Below, piece by piece: positions 42,685 through 55,854 of a DNA stretch of 64,000 nucleotides. Both the position numbers and the translations under genes were made by a program. Positions within the stretch are counted from its first letter, which is position 1. Every line of letters begins with the position of its first letter. The notes under the pieces are model-generated. The model made no database searches. It was not told the origin of the DNA and saw only the letters and a program-made list of their open reading frames with translations. Source of the DNA: Dendrobates tinctorius (taxonomy: Eukaryota); the NCBI RefSeq assembly GCF_039654945.1, contig NW_027361714.1:24428001-24492000 (forward strand). Reading direction: 5' to 3'.

Positions 42685-43644
42685 GATTTCTGAAACTTAA
42701 TATTAACAAAACAGAATTCATCATCTTTTACACATCTCACTGGACCCCCCCTAATGGACCTATCCATTAAAGTAAATGGCTGCCCACTCTCCCCACAAGC
42801 TCGCTGCCTGGGGGTATTCCTTGACACTGATCTCTCTTTCAAACCACATATCCAAGCCCTTTCCACTTCCTGCCGACTACAACTCAAAAACATTTCACGG
42901 ATCCGTACATTCTTCAACCAAGAATCTGCAAAAACTGTAGTCCATGCCCTCATCATCTCCCGCCTTGACTACTACAACCTCCTGTTCTGTGGCCTCCCCT
43001 CTAACACTCTCACACCCCTCCAATCTATTCTAAACTCTGCTGCTCAACTAATCCACCTGTCCCCCGCTATTCCCCGGCCTCTCCTCTCTGTCAATCTCTA
43101 CACTGGCTTCCCATTGCCCAAAGACTCCAGTTCAAAACCCTAACCATGGCATACAAAGCCATCCACAACCTGTATCCTCCATACATCTGTGACCTCGTCT
43201 CCTGGTACTTACCTACAGTCATCCTCCGTTCCTCACAAGATCTCCTTCTCTACTCCCCTCTTATTTCCTCTTTCCACAATCGCATACAAGATTTCTCCCG
43301 CACATCACCCCTACTCTGGATCTCTGTACCACAATATATCAGACTCTCGCCTACCATCGAAACCTTCAAAAAGAACCTGAAGACCTATCTCTTCCGATAA
43401 GCCTACAACCTGCAGTAACCACCGATCCACCAAACTTCTGCATGACCAGCTCTACCCTCGCCTACTGTATCCTCACCCATCCCTTGTAGATTGTGAGCCC
43501 TCGTGGGCAGGATTCTCTCTCCTCCTGTACCAGTCGTGACTTGTATTGTTTAAGATTACTTTACTCATTTTTATTATGTATACCCCTTTTCACATATAAA
43601 GCGCCATAGAATAATTGGTGCTATAATAATAAATAATAATAATA
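42685..43644 (+). mobile_element. L2/CR1-clade LINE, 5'-truncated 3' end
   Basis: FLKLNINKTEFII, ARCLGVFLDTDLSF, VHALIISRLDYYN, FKKNLKTYLF; 3' UTR ending in a (TAA)n/AATAAA tail. Confidence 0.88.
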
Positions 43645-45716
43645 AGACTAGTGTTCCTTTAAGAAATGTATTTAATATAATACGATTGCAATTGTAGTCC
43701 GGTAAATTATGTTTTGCTCAAAAATGATATTTTCAATTCTCAGTGACCTTTTTTTAGCTTTCTTGTCTGTTAACATATCGAACTATTTTGGTTTTAGAAA
43801 ATTATTCATGAAGGAGAAAACAGTGAGGTTCCACCCATGAAATATAAAGCAGTTATTTATGATGGATTCCCAGTCCCAGGAACATACATGCTTGAACAAT
43901 GTGACAGAATAAACATAAGTGGTAATGTGCACAGATATAGGCGTTTAATTAAATTGGCATAGACAATGTATTATTTCATAGGCATCGTATGTGTAAAAAT
44001 AAGAAAATCAGCCTTACTTACTCCTAGCATTTTCCATATTGCCTTTCTGATGTCTGCTGCTGCTCATGATCTCTGTTTACATGGAGGCAGCAGTGACATC
44101 ACGACTACAGCATGTGACTGCAGCAGCCAATCAGAGCGATCAGTGGACTTGTGCAGACTACACAAGCATCATAAGTTACTGCTGTGGTCACGTACTGAAT
44201 TTGTGACATAACTGTTGCTGCCATGTTGAAAAACACCAGAGGCAGCAAAGGAGAAACAGCTGTGGAGAGGAGAGACTGTGGGTAAGTAAGGTCATTTTTC
44301 TTATTTTTTTACACCTCCAAAAAAAGTTACTCTGGAAAATTCCTTTAAGCAAACTAACATTCTGATTTTTTATGTATATGTATAGTGCACAACTATTTTC
44401 TCCACTGCGATTTTCCATAAACATTGCTCACAATTCTGTGGTTTCTATTTCTGAAGTATGGTAACTATAAAGCAGATTTTGTGAGTATCTGTGATGCGTA
44501 ATGTAGAATATATTAGACTCATTAGCTGAGCCCTTGGCAGGTTTTGAGGACTGTGGTTGCCTAGAGGTCCACTGATTTTACACAAAAAGACTGTCCAAGT
44601 ACACAACATTCATGTGCTAGCTGCGGCGTATAGAGGAATTTTTTATGTATTTTTTTTCTTTAAAATTAACAATTGCGGTTTTATTCTCCCAATGACCTTT
44701 TATTTCTTTTCTTTTCATATTTCAACCAACTGAAAACAACAGATGGTCCAACTTTTAACTTTATCCGATTTATCTAAGTGTTAGTGCAATGTGCAGGAAC
44801 TGAAGCCTGTACAGTTCTACGAAGCGGTCAAGAAATATCTACATTGGGTTCATATAAATCAGATTAATGCCTGGCACTGGGGAAGACAAAAGTACAAATA
44901 GGCAACTCGCCAAAAACATGTATCTTAACTATTATAACCTTAGCATGTGCAATGCTGACCCTACAGGCAAAGAAGATATTTTCCTGTGCATTGTTTTGTG
45001 AATATTACCAAATATTCCCTGTCTGTTATAGCTATAGTTTTTTCCATTTTGTACATGACATGGTCTTCTTAATAAAAAACTATTTACTATTCCATTTTTG
45101 AATCTCATACAATGGAATATTAATGTCAAAGTCTTTGAGCTGTGAGAATATGTTATTTTAGATACTTACAAGGATTATTTCTATTTCCTTTGGAGTTCTG
45201 AAAACTAGTAGCTCCCACCAACATCAAAAGCTGAAAAGCCCTATACAGAAAAAAATATAAGATTTATCCATTGATTTATTTCATTATTTGACCAATTAAT
45301 AGTAATACTGCTTATGGAAAATCTGTATAATTCTACTCTTATTTAGAATTTTCCACTTTGCTCAGCTTCCTAGGCCATATGGAAAAACTCTTAAAAAGAC
45401 ATGATAGAAAAAGGAAGGTCTCTGGTTAAGGTTGCATTTAGACATTGAGAGGTTTCTTTCAGGACAGAAATCCTAATAGTTTGTTACAATGCTGAAATGA
45501 ATAGTGTAAGGTAACAAATTTATAGACCATTTTTTCCAAATATTCAGGGTAAATTAATTTAGGGTTTGGTACTTTGGTCAGCATTTGACATCAGTATTTA
45601 ATATGCAAATTGTCTCTCCAGAGAGGAAGAGGACTTGAAATCTAGTGTCATCTATTGAAAGTACTAATCCTACAAGTCAATATCGAGCCTTTAACGAGCC
45701 TTGCAATATCACTTAA

Positions 45717-46329
45717 AGGGAGTCTGTCACCCTATTTTAGCCCTATCAGCTGCCGACACCGCCATCAGAGGATTATCTACAGAATTCTGTAATGCTGTAG
45801 ATAAGCCCCTGTTGTAACTTGAAAGATAAGAAAAAAGAGTTAGATTATACTCACCCCGGCGTTCGGTCCAGTCCGATGGGTGTCGCCGTCCCGTCCAGCA
45901 CCTCCCATCTTCATACGATGATGTCCTCCTCCTTGCTCCTCCCTCGGCTCCTGCGCAGGCGTACTTTATCTGCCCTGTTGAAGCCAGAGCCAAGTACTGC
46001 AGTGCGCAGGCGCCGGACCTCTCTGACCTTTCCCGGTGCCTGCGCACGGCAGTACTTTACTCTGCCCTCAACAGGGCAGATGAAGTACGCCTGCGCAGGA
46101 GCCGAGGGAGAAGCAAGGAGGAGGACATCATCATATGAAGATGGGAGGCGCCGGACCGGACCACGACACCCTGCGGTGCCCCCACCCCCCGGTGGGTATA
46201 ATCTAATGTGTTTTTCTTATCTTTCAGGTTTCTTCAGGAGCTTATCTACAGCATTACAGAATGCTGTAGATATGCCCCTGATGGCAGTGGCCACAGCTTA
46301 TAGGGCTAAAATGGGGTGACAGATTCCCT
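45717..46329. mobile_element. T2/Kolobok-type fold-back MITE
   Basis: TTAA (45713-45716)-AGGGAGTCTGTCACC ... GGTGACAGATTCCCT-TTAA (46330-46333); nearly whole-length palindrome. Confidence 0.9.
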
Positions 46330-46358
46330 TTAAGATAAAAGGCAAATCAAAATCTACA

Positions 46359-46403
46359 TTTGCAGTCACGGTGTTTCAGGGAATTGCCCCTCTTTAGTTC
46401 AAA
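46359..46403 (-). ncRNA. Degenerate hammerhead ribozyme (type I topology)
   Basis: Minus strand TTTGAA-CTAAAGA-GGGG-caatt-CCCT-GAAA-CAC-c-GTG-AC-TGCAAA: stems I, II and III are recognisable; core substitutions CUGA>CUAA and GUC>GAC. Confidence 0.6.
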
Positions 46404-48267
46404 GTATGAGATCTATTTTGGCTAGGTGAGAGGCTAAGACTGGGATCTAAGGGGTAAGGTTTCTCTTTGTGGAGAGTGACATGCCAGGTCTGGCACACCA
46501 GTGTGAGGAAGCTCAAAGCTCCTCTTCAATGCTTCAATGCTCCACTTGAACTCCAGTGCCACATATTGTAAGCAGCAATCCTACAAGTCAATATTGACTC
46601 TTTAACGAGCTTTGCAATATGACTTAGGATAAAACCCAAACCAAGGCTCATTAAAGGGCAATATTGACTAGTAGGATTGCTACTTCCATTAAGTGGCACT
46701 AAAGTTTAAGTCCTCTTCCTCTCTGAAGAGACAATTTGGATATTTAAACTCCTAGAGGAGCATGCAAGGCGTTTGAGTCTCCTCATGCTGGCATGTCACT
46801 TTCTACAAGGAGAAACCTTACAAATTAGACATCAGTATTTGTAAGCCAAAACGCAAAGTGAGTCAAATACAGAAAAAAGTATGGAAAGATTTGCACCTAG
46901 TCTGTATGTAGATTTCACTTCTGGTTTTGGCTTTCAAATACTGATACCAAATATTGGCCAAAATACTGTCACGTGATTAAGGCTTTAATCTGCTTAACTG
47001 AGCGGCTAGCTACCTGCCGAAGAAGAAAGGAAGGCTGGATATGTTAAGACTGCGCTGTCTTTAAAGCAGCTGCTTTCAGAACTTGCCAAGGCAATAATCA
47101 AGACATCTTTAAATTCAGTAAGAAATGTTTGAATACTGAATGGTATTACATTTGTGATAGACTATATGTGAGTGGGAACTTGAAGTACATGAACCCTGAT
47201 GAAAAACGTTATGTTTGTACGTGAACAGTGAAAGGGATGGAAACAATGGAGTGCTTTGTACTTCAGTGTCCTTTCAATATAAAGTCCAAAGAGTAGGTTT
47301 GAATAAGTGGAATATACAATGTTTAGTTTTCATATAAATCTTTTTTCTATGTCTGTGGTGGTGGATAACATCTTTAAATTGAACATGTCATTAGAAAATG
47401 ACAAACTGTTTAAATCAAGTATTTGTGCTACATGTATTTTTTTTCATATCAAAATCTTTAAAGGAAAAAAAATAGTAATCTTGCAATTTTCACTCTGGCC
47501 ACATAGGCTATTTTAGACTCATACTTTTGGTTCCTTCAGGAAGAGTTTACAGCAATTTCCTTATCATCAGAGGCAGAATACCTTTATGTGAAGCTGACAA
47601 CACAATATTCTATCTACCACAATAGGTGATGGCACAGCTGTCGCTGTTCCTTCTCCTTTCACAAAGACACACACATTTGATGCTTCAATACAGTCTGAGG
47701 AAAATCCCAAGTAGCCATAGTAAAAATTATTATCTTTTAATAAAGGTTGTGAAATAAAAAAAAATAAATTTCCACCTAAAAAAAAAATAAATAAATTGAA
47801 CAAAATATCTTTAAAAAACGAATGACCTTGGGCTCATAGTAGAGAAACCAAAGGGAACACATAGATAGAGACGAGAGCATAGCAAAGACACAACTTTTGG
47901 TTAATTAAAGTTATTGATGGAATAGCAGAAAGGTAGGCAGATACACACAGGATTGGTCTTGTGCCTCTCTGCAGGACTCTTTCCTACAGCCTTACCTACC
48001 CAGATATCTCTGTTTCAACTGTACTAAACTTACTGCGAAAACAGTATTATTTTGATTGATTCATGTAGCTTTATTTATATTTTCCATCGCTTGTTCATTC
48101 ACATGGCTGGTCCACTGAAAACAATTTGCACCATTTATATCAGTTACATTAGATTAGAAAGTACTTACATATTGTAATAAATAAACTGGGCCCAGTCAAT
48201 CAGGGTTTGTCTCATCTTATTAAAAAAAAGGGTAAAATAATTGGAAAGTGCTTGTGAATACAGGTTA

Positions 48268-48673
48268 GGCTAGTTTCACACTTGTGTTTTTTTGCGCTGC
48301 GCACTGTGCGCAGTGCAAACACATAAAAACGCATCATGTGCTTTTGTGCGTTTTTTTGCAGTTTTGCGCGCTTTTTTTGCGCTCATGTGAGCATTAACAT
48401 GCGCACGTCAGCGCACTCATAGACTATAATGGGTGGTTGGGTGAAAAAAAATGCATTGCGTGCGCTTGCGTTTTTTTGGGACAAGTCGGACGCACAAAAA
48501 ATGCAACAGAGTGCATTTTGTGCACCCGAGCGCACACTACAAAAAAACGCATGCGCATACAAATGTGTACAAACGCATGTGTATGCGCACCCATGTAAAG
48601 AATAGGGAAAAAAAACGCATGCTTTTTTTTGCGCAAAGAAACAGAGCAAAAAAACGCAAATGTGAAACCAGCC
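48268..48673. mobile_element. PIF/Harbinger-like MITE
   Basis: TTA-GGCTAGTTTCACACTTG ... CAAATGTGAAACCAGCC-TCA; AAAACGCA-rich interior. Confidence 0.7.
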
Positions 48674-49933
48674 TCATTCAGGTTACTTTGCAATTGACCT
48701 CTTATTAAAAAACTAGAACAGAACAATGTTTAATTTTATAATTTACAGTTTGTTGTCAAGGTTACATGGGCAAGGAGCGAACATTTCATGATTTAGTTTA
48801 GTTGGTAAACATCTCAATGTTCGCTGAACAGTTCTTCGCACATACTCAAACCCCATTTAATTCAATGGGAGGCAAAACCAAACACCTTAGGGGTGGCCAT
48901 AAAGTTCCCAAACAGCTCAAATTAGGGGAAGACAGCAGGAAAAGTGGCATCAATTGACCCAGAGTACAATAGTATAATTGCGATGCATGGGACAGGGCTT
49001 GGACTAGCATTTCTAGCTCAAACATTGATCAGTAACAGGTGGATGAGTGACAGGTGTAGGCCTGATGCTCTGACACTAGACACCAGAATGTGGAGAACTA
49101 AACAACTGGGGTTGAAGAACTAAACTAAACTACTAAACACCTAGGGTTGGAGAACAAAATCACTACAAACCAAGGGATGGAAAAGCAAACCACTACACAC
49201 CAAGGGATGGTGAACTAAATCACTAGACACCAAGGTTTCACTAGACAGTAAGTCTTGGAATCCCTAAGGCTTGCTGAACAAAGCTCTGCATCTAACATTT
49301 ACTCCACTGCTTCTGCCTCCTCCACCTCCTCTAGGGCCTCAACCTGCACCCTCAACCTCTCCCTTAATGAGACACGAGTTCCAACAGAGCAAAGAGAATC
49401 CTCCCCACCTCCATACTGCACAGTCAGGGCTTGCCACAATCAGGCAGTATTTAAATTAATATGCCTTGGAGATCGCAGTCACATAGCTCAAGAGTTGTGG
49501 ACAGCTATCAAGTTTGAGCAATGGCTGTCTTCACTAAACCTGGAGCCAAGGAAGGCAGTGTGCGATAACGGTGCAAACCTGGTGACTGCCCTACGCTAGG
49601 GCAACCTCACACATGTGCCTTGTGTGGTTCATGTTCTCAACCTGGTGGTACAGCAATTTCTCTGCCACTATCCCAGGTTAGATGTGCTGCTGCAGAAAGC
49701 ACAGTCGCTGTGTGCTCATTTCCTAAGTTTGCACCCCGTGAATCGACTTAAATCGCTGCAGAGGTCCTTTGGGCCACCGGTTAACAGGTTAATATGAAAT
49801 GTGATGACACATTGGAAATCCGCTCTCCACATTTTGCAGTGACTGTGGCAGCAGTTACTATCCATGGTGCAGTATGTCCTTTTGCACTGCTTAGTAGTAT
49901 GGACGCGATGCAAATCACACTTGTGGAGTGGGC

Positions 49934-52900
49934 TGTAATGGTTGTGCTGTGAGAAAAGGCTAGAACAACCCGGAAGTGGACCCCCTGGGTCACAGCTCCA
50001 GAGCCCCCGGGGCGAGCTGAGCAGGTGGAGCCACCCGCTATACAGGGAGTGTTAGGGGCAGGCCCACAGGGGATGGAACAATGACAGCCGGAGCCAAAGG
50101 GGCGACTGGGGTAAGCACCAGGGAGACAGCGGTGGAGAATCCGAGCTGCAACTGAAGTGAGGAATACAGGGACCACAGAGCGAGAGAGACGTGAGGACCA
50201 GGAGCACCTGGGGATGACCGAGACTGGAGGCTGCAAGAGAACGAGAAAACAAACAATAATACAGCAGACAAGAGGGCTCAGAGCGGACAGACAAGGGAAC
50301 CCGCAGGCACGAGGTACACCAGACAGCCTGCCAGAGGTGGTAGTACGGAGGAAGACACAGAAGCAGGGACAAAGACAGGGACACGGAGCAAAGCAGGAGG
50401 TGGAGAACACAGAAGCTACCAGTGGTAGCGCAGGCAGACAGCAAAGGTAGCGGTAAAGGGCCTGAAGACAGAGCGAGCGCTGGCAGCGAGGACAGCGTCA
50501 CTGCATAAGATAATCAGGCACCTCACCTGGCCTGGCGCTGAGTAGAAATAGTCGGTGGGCGCCGCCATGTTGGGGGCGGAGCCACCGCGTCACTGCTCCC
50601 AGAAGTCAAAGCGCCGGGTGAGACGTCGGACGCAGGTACGCAGGAGCAATGCCGAGGACTCCGGATGTCGGGAGCGGGGATGTGCCGTGGAGCGGGGGCA
50701 CACTGGGAGGCGTGCAGAAGATTCGGGAGGCGCACGGGGCTGCGCAGGTGAGTAGCGGCGGCGGAGGGCATGACAGTACCCCCCCTTTACTACCCCTCTT
50801 CCTAATACTGGTGAGAAATCATCTCATGATAAGAGGAGCATTAATGTTTTCTCGAGGTTCCCAAGATCTCTCCTCAGGTCCGAAACCTCTCCAATCGACC
50901 AAAAACAAAGTTCTCCCCCTAACTGTCTTCATGGCGAGTATATCCTTCACCTCAAAGATATTGTCAGAACAACTAGGTTGGGGATTTTGAGAAGAGGTGG
51001 AGTGGAAGCGGTTAAATACCGCAGGTTTGAGGAGTGATATATGAAAGACATTGGGGATTCTCAGCGAGGCGGGCAATTTCAACTTGTAGGCCACGTCATT
51101 GATACGCCTTAACATTTCAAAGGGGCCAATGTAACGTGGACCTAACTTACAGGAGAGAATCTTTAGTCTGATATACCGTGAGGATAGCCAGACTTTATCT
51201 CCGGGGAGATACGGAGGAGCGTCCAAACGTTTTTTGTCGGCATACCTCTTCATTCTGCAACTGGCTCTCTCAAGAACCTCCTTGGTGTCCCTCCAAATTT
51301 GCGAGAAGTCCACAGACAAGGAGTCCGCCTCCGGTACACCCGAGGTGGGGGAAACGGGAAGGGGGATGCCGGGATGTTGTCCGAAAACCACAAAAAAGGG
51401 AGACTTGGAGGAGGCTTCACTGGGATGATTATTGTAAGCGAATTCAGCCCATGGGAGAAGAGAAACCCAGTCATCCTGGTGAGCATTGGAAAACTGCTGG
51501 AGGTAGGAAGTCAGGACCTGGTTGACTCGCTCAACTTGACCGTTCGACTGGGGATGATAGGATGAGGAGAAATACAGAGTTATCTTCATCAATCCGCAGA
51601 GAGCTCGCCAAAAATGGGAGGTAAACTGAACTCCTCGATCCTAGACAATATGCTGAAGGAAGCCATGGAGTCGGAAGACATGGAGCAAGAAAATCTTCGC
51701 CAACTCAGGGGCAGAAGGCAGGCTTGGCAATGGAACGAAGTGGGCCATTTTGGAAAACCAATCAACGACCACTATGATAACGGTACATCTTGAGGAGGGA
51801 GGTAAATCGGTGACGAAGTCCATAGCGATATGGGTCCACGGGGTCGTAGGCATGGGCAACGCATGTAAGAGTCCCGGAGGAAGGTGTCTAGGGACTTTGT
51901 TCCTGGCACACGAGAGACAAGAAGCGATGAAATCCAACACGTCCTGGCGAAGCGAAGACCACCAATAGTGGCGGGAAACGAGAGAAAGAGTTTCCTTGAC
52001 TCCAGCATGTCCAGAAAATTTAGACGAATGACCCCAACGCAGGTCTTTCAGTCTGTCTCCACTATGAACAAAGGTCTTACCCAGTGGTGGAGAAAGTACG
52101 CTTAGTGGAGCCACGGTAAGGATTTTGGCCAGTTTGATGATATGCGTAGGTCCATCTTCCTTGTCCACTGACAAAAATGACCGGGATAGAGCGTTGGCTT
52201 TGATGTTCTTATTCCCTGGTCGAAAGTGAAGTTCAAAATCAAAGCGTCCGAAAAACAAAGACCATCGGGCTTGCCGTGCGTTGAGCCTTTGGGCGGACTG
52301 AACGTAAGCCAAATTTTTATGATCCGTGAATATGATAAACGGATGGACGGCTCCCTCGAGAAGATGGCGCCACTCCTCGAGGGCCAGCTTTATGGCCAAT
52401 AGTTCTCGGTCTCCAATGGAGTAATTACGTTCCGGAGCGGTGAAAGCTTTAGAAAAGAATCCGCACGTGACCAAGCGACCAGAGGAGGATTTCTGCAGAA
52501 GGACTGCTCCTGCTCCCACTGAAGATGCATCAACTTCAAGGATGAATGGCCTATTGGCATCTGGGCGGTGCAGCACCAGAGACTTCGCAAACTCTTGTTT
52601 CAGGGCTTCGAAGGCCGCTTTAGCGTCAGGGGGCCAGGATTTGGGGTTGACTCCTTTGCGGACGAGAGCAGAAATAGGCTTGGTCAGTGACGAAAAATGA
52701 GGGATAAATTGCCTGTAATAATTGGCAAAGCCCAAAAAGCGCTGGATTGCCTTTACTCCAAGGGGACGTGGCCAATTGAGGACGGCAGAGACTTTCTCAG
52801 GGTCCATTTCTAAGCCTGAGCTCGAAACGATGTAACCAAGAAAAGGCAACGAAGCTTACTCAAAGAGGCATTTCTCCAATTTGTCAAAAAGGTGATTCTC

Positions 52901-55854
52901 CCTGAGGTGTTGGAGGACTTGGCAGACGTCTTGACGATGTGTGGACACGTCGGGGGGGAGGATCAAGATGTCGTCTAAGTAGACCACGACACAGACATAG
53001 AGATCTCGAAAGATGTCATTGACGAGTTCCTGGAATACTGCAGGCGCGTTGCAGAGACCAAATGGCATGACTAAATAACCGTAATGGCCGTCCCGTGTGT
53101 TGAATGCGGTCTTCCACTCATCCCCGGACCGTATGCAAACAAGTTTGTAGGCTCCTCGTAGATCAAGCTTGGTAAATACTCATGTTCCCCTCAGGCGATC
53201 AAAGAGTTCAGAGATGAGCAGCAGCGGGTATTTGTTCTTCACTATGATGCGGTTAAGGCCACTATAGTCAATGCACAGACGAAGGGACCCATCCTTCTTT
53301 TTCACAAAGAAGAAGCCCGCTCCTGCAGGAGATGAGGATTTCCGAATGAAACCTCTGGCCAAGTTATCCTGAACGTACTCCGACATGGCTTGTGTCTCGG
53401 CTAGAGAGAGAGGATAAATCCTTCCACGAGGAGGAGTGGTGCCAGGAATGAGCTCGATGGGGCAGTCATAGGGTCAATGTGGAGGAAGGACCTCAGCTTC
53501 TCTCTTGTCGAAGACATCTGAGAAGGCACTATACGTAGACGGCAGTCCGGAGGGAACGGGGAGAGGACGGGGGACACCTACGGGATGCATCGGCAGCAGA
53601 CACCGAGCCCGACAGGACTCCCCCCAGCGCAGAACATTGCCATTACACCAATCCAAGGTGGGCTCGTGGAGCCGCAGCCAAGGAAGACCGAGGAGGACAG
53701 TGTGAGAGATACCAGCTAAAACATAGAACGTAATTTTCTCTTTGTGCAGGGCCCCTATTTGCAGCTCAATCTCTTGCATAACCAAGGTAACGGTCTCTTG
53801 TAAGGGGTTGCCGTCCACAGATGCAAGGATCTGCGGATTCTCCAGGGTCCTCACGGGGACAGAAAATTTGGTGACCACATCGAGCCTAATGAAATTTCCA
53901 GCGGCACCTGAGTCCACGTAGGCAAAGGAAACTCGCTTATCACCGACATGCAAGAGGACAGACAAAGTAAGGGGTTGAGAGGTATCATACACACCTCGGG
54001 AGGCCTCTCTTACCTGACCTAGGCGGAGAAGTTTTCCGGACAGATTCGGAGCAAATGAGACCCACTGCCGCAATAGAAACAGAGACCCTGGGAGCTTCTC
54101 TCCTTGCAATGCTGTTCGGAGAGCCTCAGGCGGTCCACTTGCATCGACTCAGGCGCGGAAGCAGAAGTGAGAGCCCTGGAACGGGGACTGGGTGGTCTGC
54201 AAGCAAATGGCAATGGGCACGCATGTCTTCTCTCACGAGCCCGTTCCTGGAACCGGAGATCGATCCGAGTGGCCAGAGAAATTAGATCCTCCAGGGCAGT
54301 GGGGGTGTCGCGACCAGCAAGCTCGTCCATTATACGACCCGAAAGACCACGCCAAAAGGCTCCCACCAAGGCCCCGTTGTTCCAACCCAAGTCGGACAAG
54401 AGGGTCTGAAACTCGGTTTGAGAACCCTGGCACAGACTGAACAGGGACCCCGTAGTAGAGGCTAGGCGGCCTGGTTCGTTGAATACCCGACGAAAAGTAT
54501 AAAAAAAAAGACAGCTGGGTAACAACAGGGTCGTCACGCTTCCAGAGGGGATTCACCCACGCTAAAGCATCCCCTTCTAGGTGGGAGATTATGAAGGCCA
54601 CCTTGGACCGATCAGTGGGGTATTTTAGGGGCAAAAGTTCAAAATGGAGACAACATTGGTTCAGGAAACCCCGGCATAGTTTTGCGTCACCGTTATACAG
54701 GGGTGGTTTGGCCAACCGCGGTAGTGGGTGGGGAACAGAGGCTGGAGGAGGGGCAGAGGCAGCCGCCTGCAGGGAGAGCAATCAACCGTCAACCGAAGCC
54801 ATGTAACTGAGGATATGACTTTGAGCGTCACGCTGCTGGGCCAGCTCCTGTTGTAAACCAGCCAGCTGAGCAGCGTTACCCAGGTCAGAGGATTGGAGAG
54901 CAGAGAGGCGCGCAATCATAGATTTCATAAAGGACTTTATGCGCGTTTGATTCTCCCGTAAGAAAACTAGCTCTTTCTGAGTAGCCGCGGCTCCAGCGGG
55001 ATCCATGGCCTGATTATGCTTTAACGGTTGTGCTGTGAGAAAAGGCTAGAACAACCCGGAAGTGGACCCCCTGGGTCGCAGCTCCAGAGCCCCCGGGGCG
55101 AGCTGAGCAGGTGGAGCCACCCCTATACAGGGAGTGTTAGGGGCAGGCCCACAGGGGATGGAACAATGACAGCCGGAGCCAAAGGGGTGACTGGGGTAAG
55201 CACCAGGGAGACAACGGTGGAGAATCCGAGCTGCAACTGAAGTGAGGAATACAGGGACCACGGAGCGAGAGAGACCTGAGGACCAGGAGCACCTGGGGAT
55301 GGCAGAGACTGGAGGCTGCAAGAGAACGAGAAAACAAACAATAATACAGTGGACAAGAGGGCTCAGAGCGGACAGACAAGGGAACCCGCAGGCACGAGGT
55401 ACACCAGACAGCCTGCCAGAGGTGGTAGTACAGAGGGAGACACAGAAGCAGGGACAAAGACAGGGACACGGAGCAAAGCAGGAGGTGGAGAACACAGAAG
55501 CTACCAGTGGTAGCGCAGGCAGACAGCAAAGGTAGCCGTAAATAGCCTGAAGACAGAGCGAGCGAGGACAGCGTCACCGCATAAGATAATCAGGCACCTT
55601 ACCTGGCCTTGCGCCGAGTAGAAATAGTTGGTGGGTGCCGCCATGTTGGGGGCGGAGCCACAACATCACTGTTCCCAGAAGTCAGAGCGCCGGGTGAGAC
55701 GTCGGGCGCAGGCACGCAGGAGCGACGCCGAGGACCCCGGATGTTGGGAGCGGGGACGCGCCGTGGAGCGGGGGCGCGCCAGGAGGTGCGCAGAAGATTC
55801 GGGAGGCGAACGGGGCCGCGCAGGTGAGTAGCGGCGGCGGTGGAGGGCGTGACA
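49934..55854 (-). mobile_element. Full-length sushi/chromovirus-type gypsy LTR retrotransposon (decayed)
   Basis: LTRs 49934-50775 and 55020-55854; perfect 5-bp TSD TGGGC (49929-49933, 55855-55859); PPT 50776-50800. Confidence 0.95.
50790..55006 (-). pseudogene. gag-pol with chromodomain (fragmented)
   Basis: gag 54019-55006 (MDPAG, CRGFLNQC, CFYCGSGSHLLRIC), protease VDSGA, RT YLDD, RH EVDAS, IN, chromodomain FLVDWRGFGPEERSWEP. Confidence 0.92.

Larger units (their letters stand above)
45600..46827. mobile_element. Satellite-2/retrozyme-like ~340-bp repeat array (tandem plus inverted units) with a degenerate hammerhead
   Basis: Perfect 13-bp TSD GACATCAGTATTT (45587-45599, 46828-46840); unit repeats at 45640-45712 and 46548-46640, then inverted at 46644-46820; octamer ATGCAAAT at 45603-45610. 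Confidence 0.75.

Noticed and set aside
49781-50501. 150-210 aa ORFs duplicated at 55046-55577
   Set aside because: They are open frames in GC-rich LTR sequence with no recognisable motif; the duplication is simply the LTR pair.
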